DNA of 64,000 nucleotides. Source: Macrostomum lignano (taxonomy: Eukaryota). The notes under the pieces are model-generated. The model had not been told where the DNA came from, made no database searches, and saw only the letters and a program-made list of their open reading frames with translations. The DNA lies in assembly GCA_002269645.1 (NCBI GenBank), contig NIVC01002563.1:1-64000 (forward strand), given 5' to 3'. Shown piece by piece: positions 39,201 to 64,000 of this stretch. The first letter of the stretch is position 1. The number at the start of each line of letters is the position of its first letter. The position numbers and the translations under genes were made by a program.

Positions 39201-40815
39201 CAAGGACAACTTAATAACTCAGGACCGGAAACGAGCCAATTCATGGCGAAAAAAGTATGAGGCTCGTTTAAAAGCATTGTTCTATGGCCCATCCGTATGC
39301 GCATGCTTTCAGTTGCCAGTGTATACTCGTATGATATTTTAATTTTTGATAGGCAGTCAGAAGGCGGGTGCAGGGTCGGTTTTCTTAAATGTTGAATATT
39401 TTTATTACATAAACGTCGTGAAAATACACAATGGGAAAGCTGTACATGCAGTATATGTATAAGGAAACTCGAGAAAAATTTACGATACTTCTTCATCTGA
39501 ACTACAAATAGAGAGGAAAATAACAGTCACAGAACGGGACAAGAGCTGACTATGGTAAATAGTGAAGTGTTTGCTCCAGGCTCGCTCACTGTCCACTCAG
39601 CTTCAGTATTTTTCTATCGTGCACTTTATCCGACGAAGGAGCGCTCTTTGCTCCTCGTTGAACATAACCCTTGAAGAAACAGTTGGTGAGGCGCACGCAG
39701 CATCCCAGAACATCTGCTTCAGGGAAGTAAAACTCGCTAACGGCAGCAAACAATTCGACTTTCGACCTCACTTTCGACGTCCACTGTAGAGTTTTTACAA
39801 CGATTTATGATAGCTTCAAGTTGCGACCAATACTTTAATGTTGGTTGAAATCCAAGCAGATCTCGAACCGCAACTGGTGAGTGTAACCGAAAGCATCGCA
39901 CGGAATAGTTTGGTGAAACGAAAACTCGCAGAACCATTTCGGCATTGGCGCTTAACGAGAAGATAAACACCTCCTCTTGAACAATGGTAACAATAAGCTG
40001 ATGTGCTTTGATGACGTCTGAACAGTGAATGGATGCTCGGAATTCAGTCCACGATGGCAGCGTGTCACGCTCTCGAAATTCTACTAGTTCATCTTGGAAA
40101 AGGCATCGTTCGGACAACAGCACGCCCCTTCCCTCAGCCTGTCGACTGGCACGCACTGCAATATCCAAGCACGCATCTTAGTGTTTCGTTTCGACCCTAT
40201 TTGATGAAGTGCAAAATACGCTCGAATATTTGAATTAAAGCAGTAGAAAACCTTCACAAACCTTGTGTTTGAACGAGGCAGGACTGCGGGACTCCGTCGA
40301 AAACTGATGGTGGATGTAGCGGCCTTTCATTTCTTCCCTTTTTTATCATTGGTGCATCTTGAGGCCAGTGCTTAGCACACACGCCCATGTAGTCTGTCAC
40401 GGTCTAAACAACAACAAAATTGTTAATGAATTCATGTGGCCAGGCTAAATCTGATTCACAAAGCACATTTGAAGAAAGTCTTACCGTCAGTTGATTAGGC
40501 AGTGACAGCCGCCAAGCCTCTCGTTCAGTTGCATCCTTAGGAAACGAAAATACTGCAACATTCCGATCACGGTTACTATTGTAGTTTGCACAACAGAAAA
40601 TGACGCTGCATTTTCTCGGCATGATATTTAGTTTCAGCAAGAATAAAAGTTCTCTCTCTCAATTGCAAGTGCATGCGAAGAATTCAATTTTCAGCTCAGA
40701 TCTCTTCGCTTTCGTAGCTTTGGATGGGCCACAGAACAATGCTTTTAAACGAGCCTCATACTTTTTTTGCCATGAATTGGCTCGTTTCCGGTCCTGAGTT
40801 ATCAAGTTGTCCTTG
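39201..40815 (-). mobile_element. Non-autonomous P-superfamily DNA transposon, 1615 bp
   Basis: 94-bp TIRs (39201-39294 and 40722-40815, 3 mismatches) starting CAAGG; 8-bp TSD GCCTAAAC at 39193-39200 and 40816-40823; THAP domain inside. Confidence 0.93.
39737..40622 (-). CDS. Truncated P-type transposase: spliced THAP zinc finger plus N-terminal region; exons 40622-40485, 40403-40262, 40196-~39737
   Basis: Removing an 81-nt GT-AG intron restores MPRKCSVIFC...FPKD...W...VCAKHW...PPSVF (C2CH); second 65-nt intron in phase; apparent 1-nt frameshift near 40168; no catalytic domain. Confidence 0.75.
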
Positions 40816-41629
40816 GCCTAAACCATATTTGAAGGAATATTAACCTATTTTGTCTAACTCATGGAATTCATTGAAGGTTAATTATGTAATTTTTTTAACT
40901 TCTTAGTCTTTGGTAAAATACAATTTTAAAGCAGCGACTTCTGCGATATAAATATCCAGTCCCTTCTTTCTATGGTAAATGTATATCGCAGAAGTCCCTG
41001 ATAAAACCAATGAATCGAGCTTCTCCATTTCTATGATTTTTCGGCACAGGAAATGTACGATTGTACGTCAGATATAAAATTAACATGGAATTTTAATTTT
41101 ATCAGCAAAAGGCTCTTTTACTATGAATATAGCTATAAGAAAGCGGAAAAATGAAATCCTTTATTCCCCGTAATGTATTTTTCGAAAACATCTGCCTCAA
41201 AATTTTTCCAACTTTCTACTTGAGTAGTCCTTGCCAAGATGTGTCCATTAGTTTAACGGCCGATGAGGCAGTTGGGTCAGTTTGCTCTGATGTAGGTTCT
41301 CCATTCGTTTAGTGTGTAGAGCCGATGCCTTTTACTTGCATTTTCACTTGGCGCTGACATGAAAAACGGATTGAGCATTCTTTCTGCCCAGTCTTTAACA
41401 AGAATTGAACGCATTTCCTCGCACCAAACCCTCGCCTCTCGGAAGGCCCTGCAGCTAAGTCAAATAAGTCAGGAGCCTTTTCTTCAAAATATGAACATAA
41501 AAAGAACAAATCAATTAGTTTTTTTCGACGAATGAACTGACGTAGAGTCCAAAGACAAAGTCTCTACCAACGTTGTTCCACGCGGTGACTATCCTGATCT
41601 AAAGTACTGCGTTATACACGTGGACGCTG

Positions 41630-42170
41630 ACAACCGTTTAGGCGCCTCCGACAAGGCGCCTCTAAGGTGGATCCCCGGGCACTCGGGCCACCCCGGCAAC
41701 GAGTTGGCAGATCGTCTGGCCAAAACTGACTCGACCGGTTTTTTTACTGGTCCCCTGCCCGTGGCCCCCACCTCCACCGCCGTTGTCACCACTCGGATCA
41801 ACCAGTGGGTGCCATCAAAGCACAGGGAGAGGTGGGCTAACGCCCTTGACTGTCGGCAATCTCTCGCGGCTGTCCACTCTCCTCCCGCTCTGCGCAGGGC
41901 CCTGCTTGGACTCAACCGCAGGGACATCAGGGCGGTGACCATGGCCCTCTCGGGTCATGGCTGTTTTTGCCAGGCATCGTCACCTCCAGGGAAAATCCGT
42001 CGCGAGGAATGCCCATTCTGCATCTACGGTGTCGAGAATGCGGAGGACTTCATCTGTGAATGCCCCGCCTTTACTCAGGACAGGCTCACCTACCTCGGCC
42101 CAAACCCGGACCTCTCCGACGTTTTCAGGCCCGAGAATCTCTGCCGGCTCGTCCGCTATCATCCACCTCC
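41630..42170 (+). mobile_element. 3' fragment of an RNase H-containing LINE (LOA/R1/I-group-like), degenerate
   Basis: [19 protein letters not shown] (RNase H C-terminus), then SGHG..., CPFC...E...FICECP (CCHC knuckle with His lost). Confidence 0.85.
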
Positions 42171-42449
42171 TGGACTCCTTGGAGGGGAACCGCGATGTGG
42201 ACACCGGCACCACCAGATCTCCCTGCGCAACACCGCAGCACCAGCTGTCCGTGGTCGCCAGGGGTTAGTGGAATGGGCGGCGACGCCTCCCCGCTGCATC
42301 CGGATGCCCGGAACCCCTGTAGCTGAGTAAAATGAGTACGCTGACGGACTCGCCCGAACAGCGAGTCACCAAAGTCGCGGCGAAAATCGAGTCACCAAAG
42401 TCGCGGCGAAAATCGAGTCGCCCATGTGGCATCTTTTTGCAGCGCCGGC

Positions 42450-42900
42450 CTGGTCCGTCCAAACGACCTGTTTTATGTCAGCGACTCCAGCTGGCGGGCC
42501 ACATCATCCGCACTGAGTCGTAATGCCCACAGCTGGTGCAGGTGTAGGAGGTGCTGCTGCTGCTGTTGTTGTTGTTGTTGTTGTTGTTTTTGTTGTTGTT
42601 GTTGTTTTTGATACGACCCAAAGCGCGAATTAGCTTTTCCACGGTGGGTGTTTCTTCAACCATTCCCAATTTTTTTGGCCTTACATGGTCAAGCGCTGAG
42701 GTCGCTCAGTTTTATGAGGCCCCACGACCTTCTTCTCAACTCCGTGTCCGCGTAGTCCAGCAGGTGCTCAATCGTCTCATCCTCCTCTCCGCACATCCAG
42801 CGGAGAGCCAGCTCGAGTGAGTGCCCCGTTCTGCCCCTTCTGAAGCTGGCTTTCTCCACCCGGCTATCGAACTCGGGTCCCGGCTTCCATGCTTGGTGCT
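42450..42900. mobile_element. Additional LINE debris on both strands around a (TTG)n/(CTG)n tract
   Basis: Plus strand RLQLAGHIIR (RTE-like C-terminal motif) at ~42480-42520; minus strand CGEEDETIEHLL knuckle remnant at ~42750-42800. Confidence 0.55.
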
Positions 42901-43463
42901 ACCAGATGTCTTCTGCTGCTGCTGTCATTACAGGTACCCAGTGTTTCATGCTGTTTCATTGTTGTTTTTTGATACAAAATAATCTTCAGTAGAACAAATA
43001 TTTAATCAAATATTCCTGACTTAACAAAACAGCTCTGTAGCATGGCGGACTTGTAGCGATGGTTTCGTTGTCTTTGTGATTTTCTCAAAATATTTTTACA
43101 ACAATTGCTTTTGCAGGAACGGTAACTACGCATGGGAACTACAAATGTGACTAAGCAGTATTAATTTATTTAACGGTGTTAACTTATTCAATTTATTCAA
43201 TATGTTTTCTAGAAAATGTCCCTATTAAAAAGCAGTACACAAGGCATTCTTTAAATCAGAAAATCTCATAAGGTTATAAACTGCCCTCTACGCACTTTAC
43301 AACCACTACCTACGAAATTTACTCTCTACACTCCTTTATCCTATTTCAGACGTGTGCAATTTACACCCAAAAAATTCAAGCATTTAAACTTCTCGGCGTA
43401 CGTACATCTTTCATTACATGATACACAGTGGTACACCTCAGTCAGACTAATACTTCAGGCCCG

Positions 43464-46400
43464 CTAGCTAGCTAATGCGCCGCTTCTCCTAGTTGACAGG
43501 AGCGGTTCAATCAGGTAGCAGTCGGTGATGGTGCAGCAGCTGCAAGCCGAGTTTGCAATTTCCAGTCGAATGCTCGAGTCCCAGACGCCGTCCATTTTGT
43601 AAACCTCCACTGACCGCACCGTGGACCGGGTTTCGTCTGACCAGCCTCCGATAGCGTAAATGCGATCGTGCAGTACGGCTGAGCAGAAGTTGCTCCTCTG
43701 GGTGAGCATCGGGGCAACCTCTGTCCAGACGTTTGTCTCAGGATCATAGCGCTCCACAGAGGCCAGTCGTTGGACGCCGTTGTTGCCACCCATAACAAAG
43801 ATGCACCGTTGAAATGCACAAACCTGTTTAGGGGGAGAATACTTAATTGATCTGAGAAACAGCAAGGGCGTTTATAGACGACACCCTGTGCGTCAGGGTC
43901 TGGCTTCACACTGTGTGCGTCAGGGGCTGGCTTCACACTGTGTGCGTCAGGGGCTGGCTTCACACTGTGTGCGTCAGGGTCTGGCTTCACACTGTGTGCG
44001 TCAGGGTCTGGCTTCACACTGTGTGCGTCAGGGTCTGGCTTCACACTGTGTGCGTCAGGGTCTGGCTTCACACTGTGTGCGTCAGGGTCTGGCTTCACAC
44101 TGAGTGCGTCAGGGTTCGAGGACATCGAACTATGTAAGCATATCAACGTTTGCGTCAACTTGTCCGTCAGATACGAGTATTAGTCACTGCGTGACAAGCA
44201 CAAGCGAGCAACAAGGCTACGTACTATGTAGTGTAAAATGAACTCACCGACAGCCCGGATCTTCCAGTAGACATTGGCACCAGCACCGTCCACTGGTTAG
44301 CGGTCGGGTCGTACTGCTCCGATGTGGCTAAGAATCTGGAGCCGCTGAACCCGCCGCAGATGTACACTAGCCCGTTCAAAGAGGTGGCGCCGGCATCGCT
44401 GCGTACATTGTGCATCGGAGCCAGCCGATGCCACCGATTGGCCACCGGGTCATAGGACTCGGTGCTGGCCAGCCGCTGCTGCCCGTTGTGGCCTCCCATT
44501 GCATACAGTCTCCCACGGCATCGACAGGCGCTCAAAAAGTTGCGCTGTTCGTGCATCGCTGCGCGCTCGCGCCAGACGCGCTGGCGTAGAGAATAGGCGC
44601 TGACCCGAGCTGTGGGGCCCTGCGCCTCAGTCTGCGCCTCGTCGTCCGATTTCGGTTGCACAAAGCCGCCAATGAGGTAGACAATGTTTTCCAGCTCGAT
44701 GCAGGCCGAGTATGCGTGCCTGCGTGCATAAGCAGCGCTACCGATCAGTAGTAAGATCGGGATATTTTAAAAACAACGTTTGAAATTTCATCAAACCTTC
44801 AGCTCATATCGCAACCCCTCGCCACTTGACTCAAACCTCTGCATTTCACGACTTCCCCTTCTAGAGCAGTAACTCTTCCGACTCTCGCTCCAAAGCCCCT
44901 CTGAGCTGATACTCAGCGAATGGCCCTATTATTGAGGTTCTAGCACAGAACTTAGCCAGAGCTCAGTCAAAATAAATACACGTATTTGAATATAGACTTT
45001 CAACACAAAGCCTCTATTGAGAATTAGGGAGGCAACAAAGAATGGAATAAAGCTTTTTGAAGAAACTTAATGTAGCTTCTGACCTCTTAGCCTTAGCATC
45101 TTAATAATTATACCCCCGTAAGCCTTGACATCTCACAATTCCCCCTGTCAGCCTTGACTATTGCTGCAAAATTGACTATTAACCAATAAAACCCAATCAG
45201 AAGTCACTTATTGAATGACTATCACCTGGTGTCCATGGCCGGCAGGTAGGTGTCGTGTCGCACCCAGCCGCAGCCGTTCGGGTCGAACACCTGCACAGAC
45301 GTCGACGGCGCAATGGAGGGATCGTGAAGGCTGCCTTCCCAGCCGCCGCAGAGGAAAATCGCTTGGTGCGGCAGTCGCGGCAGCAGCAACTCCCAGATAA
45401 TTGTCGGGTTGCTGGCCCTCATGGCCAGGTAGTGCAACCTGCTGGTTGCAGCGATGGTTGCCCAACTCAGAACCGAGTCGGTATCCGCAGAGGTGTTCCT
45501 GGCCAGGCGGTGCCCAGAGATTTTGGTCCGGTCGGACTCGGTCAGCCGGCCCAGCCTGATGAGGCTGAGCAGGCTAGGAAAATGTCTTAACCGGCGGTTC
45601 TCGTCGGCCTCCACCCAGTGGCAGACAATTTCGAATAACTGAAATTCATTTGGCGCGTTCAGGTAGTCGCTTTTTAGCAGCTGGCGCATCTGATCGTAAG
45701 TGGCGCAGCTAACGAACTGCGGCTGCTCGGCCGCTTCAAAAAAATGACACATGGCGTAGTCGAGAGCGATCTTCTCGAGCAGGCCGCAGCAGCACTCGGG
45801 ATCCGACGCCGCCGACACCACCAGCCAGCAGCTTTGAAGCGTCAGGCCGCGCCGTGCCCCGCTCAAGATGGCATCCAGCAGTCGGGGCACGCCGAAAAAT
45901 TTTGCGGACTTTAGGCGAGACTTTAACCGATCGGCGCTGCTGAACAGCTTCGCCAGATCGGCGTCAGGATCAGCCGACCGCACTGGCGAGGCGTCATTGG
46001 CGCGGGCCACCTGCAAGGCGATGTTTTGGTCAGCTACTCAGTTTGCAGGGAAGGGGCATTGGGCCCTGCCTCAAATCAAGGCGTTAGTCAAAACCAGAAC
46101 AGTCATGCTCGTTTCGCTGGCCCCTGAGCACGTGTACTCGTACAGGAATGCACTCCTTAAGGTGGATAGTGGCTCTGACTTTCATCGGGGTTGGCCATCA
46201 TGGGGCCCTCAAGAATTGCACAAGCTCTGGGCCAATTTTCGCGCATGATCGTCCCACAAAGTAACGCTGAATCGAAACCGGATTTTTTTTATTAGGGCGC
46301 CGGGCTGTGTGCTCCCTTGGCGCACTTGAAGCGACATTGTCACTCAACCGGAGCAGGCACACAAGCGTGCGGATACGTACGCAATCATACGCACCGGCAC

Positions 46401-47121
46401 ACACTCACACAGGAGTGTTTTTTGTTTAGAGGCAGGGGGTTGTGTGCACCCTGGCGCACTTTAAGCGACATAGGCACACAACCGGCGAGAGGCATTACTG
46501 CCCATTCCGCCGACTCCCCTGAGCAGGCATACAAGCGCGCGGATACGTACGCAGGCACACACTCACACAGGAGTGTACAGCGGCCCTAACTTTATTTTAT
46601 CGTTAGGCATGTACACTTCACTGCGCTTTGGGGGGTTGGGCCTCAGGGGCGTTAGCTCGTAATTGCACGAGCAGAGCCAAGCCGAGATTCCAATTCAGCC
46701 CCAAATTAATGTAACTGCACTTGGAATCGAGCCTGGGCCGCTGGCACATCAGAGCGCCGCGCCAGACCACTGGGCTACGGCCCCATCAAATCCGGATACT
46801 TTGGCGTGGGAGTCAGAGTCAAACTTAATCGCTAAATCCCCCCCCCCCTACCTTGGCGATGTAGTCAAGGACGTCTTCGACTGCGTCGATATCGGGATAG
46901 TCCAGCCGAGTGACCCGGGACAGAGAGCCGTTCTGGGCCTCTGCGTGGGCCCGCTGAGCAGAGAATGCTTTGTAGAAATAGCTCGAGTTGCTGGCCAGAG
47001 CCGTGCTGTTCACCTGGAAGGCCCGCTCATTGTTTACTACAACAGTCCAGTCGGCCAAGTGCTGGTCCTTGATGCTCCACGGAGTCGAGGGAGGCGGAAT
47101 CAGCATGCCGCGGCCCTGCAT
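43464..47121 (-). CDS. KLHL10: Kelch-like protein 10-like (BTB-BACK-6xKelch), paralog 3; exons 47121-46852, 46010-45226, 44719-44248, 43823-43464
   Basis: All three junctions are GT-AG and in phase; KLHL10-type motifs PRLP...GGW, RSDAGATSLNG.VYICGGF, RSG, RSNF, terminal SCC. The symbol reflects motif resemblance from memory, not a search. Confidence 0.85.
43885..44115. repeat. 27-bp minisatellite (TGTGTGCGTCAGGGTCTGGCTTCACAC)n in intron 3 of paralog 3
   Basis: Seen directly, ~8.5 copies. Confidence 0.95.
46255..46784 (-). mobile_element. tRNA-derived SINE with an internal duplication, in intron 1 of paralog 3
   Basis: Head GGGGCCGTAGCCCAGTGG (A box) ... GGCTCGATTCC (B box); body shared with 61345-61712 and 35395-35500. 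Confidence 0.75.
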
Positions 47122-48219
47122 ATCTTGAACTAATTAATTACTACACCTTTCCACGCAAATGCTTCGTATACTTTGTCTGTATGGTTTCTGATATGACAAT
47201 GTCTGTTGCATTGAGCAAGTTCACATATGAAGCGACATTAGCGATAAGCGTGTGACAATTGCGCGTTGCCTTTTATGTGGCCGTATGTCTCATAAGTTTA
47301 TACCATAGACAAATTTTGCAAGGTTGATATAGCTATAGATAAAGACGTTTTTCTTTTCAACAACAGAACACGTTGTCAGCCAGTCAAGCGAGTCATGAGA
47401 GGCAAGACATCGTCACAGTGCGCGTCTCAGGGCCTGGGCGCGAACCTAGGCCGCACCGACAGCAGTGTCCGGGGCACCGGCATCAGCTAGCAGGCAGTCG
47501 ACGAAACGCCGAGCGCGCGCCCGTCCTCGCCGGTGGGGTACCTGCCAGCAGCGTCAGCAGCAGCACCTTCTGCACCGATTGTGGACATGATTTGGACTGC
47601 CAGCCGGAGTCGCCGACGTCGCAGCAGTTCGCTGGGACGGGACAGGCCGGTGCGACGATAGTGCCGCATTGGTGCCTCGCTCGTAGCCGATCTTAAATAC
47701 GATCGCAAGAACTACCAATGGGTTTAGTGACAATGCAGTTCAGCCGAATGCGTTTGCTTTGCTGTTGCTGTTTTATTGCATGACCCTTTTACTCCTTTTT
47801 ACTGTAAACATTACTATGTTTTTGGTTGTACACGCATGCTACAAATCTTTACTCACCCCAGCCAGCATTTAGTATGCGCAAGAAGCATCGCAGGGCTCAA
47901 ATAATTAATTGATGGCGATTCAACTCTCGGGAAGAACTACAAAATTAAATGGTGCATCAAACAACGAGGACTTAGCGGAGTGAACTGCAGTGCCAGTTCA
48001 GTTGTTTAAAATTCAGAGCCTTAGACACGGACCTAAAAAGGAGATGAAAGCATCCTGGGAGTTGGAAGTCGAATGAGACTCGCTGAGTCATCGGTTGCTA
48101 CACTAGTTCAGATCAACAAAGGAGGCCAGAGGTAACTGGGAAACATCATTTTCAGTGCGGGCGCAGAGTTTCCCATTGTCCCATGCAGCCTCTGCCAGTC
48201 TCCATAGATAGAAACGGGA

Positions 48220-48254
<35 letters not shown>

Positions 48255-48437
48255 CTGTTCAATAATTAACTGAGTCTTCTAGCTGAGCATTCGTTAATAA
48301 TAAATTAGCGCAGATCGGCAAACGGCTTCAGACCATAAAGATAGCGGAACCCGCTCTGCATCCATGAAATGCGGTTTAAACAAGCTCAGTTTTCGATCGC
48401 CCAGGTAAGCTCATAGCCCATCAAGAACTCTGAGACT

Positions 48438-63984
<15,547 letters not shown>

Positions 63985-64000
63985 GTTAACGATCCTTGCC

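Overview
Eukaryotic (metazoan) genomic DNA, not prokaryotic: GT-AG introns, microsatellites, SINEs, LINE remnants and large minisatellites. A free-living flatworm such as Macrostomum is my guess, inferred from composition and repeat style only. The first ~33 kb is dominated by about 20 different tandem arrays, including a 10.8-kb 26-bp satellite. It also holds a two-exon rhodopsin-class GPCR (3153-5055, minus), a 1.9-kb Ty3/Gypsy LTR element reduced to an integrase ORF (12025-13949, 5-bp TSD), and a possible multi-exon membrane-protein gene threaded through the repeats. From 30.6 to 47.1 kb there is a tandem trio of BTB-BACK-Kelch (KLHL10-like) genes on the minus strand. Two of them have near-identical BTB/BACK halves but strongly diverged Kelch halves. 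Between genes 2 and 3 lie a 1.6-kb P-superfamily THAP transposon (94-bp TIRs, 8-bp TSD) and LINE debris. From 48438 to the window end runs the 5' part of an usherin (USH2A) gene, for which I traced 20 exons by hand. Several single-base frameshifts fall in homopolymer runs and are probably long-read consensus errors. All coordinates and alignments were done by eye; no database searches were run.
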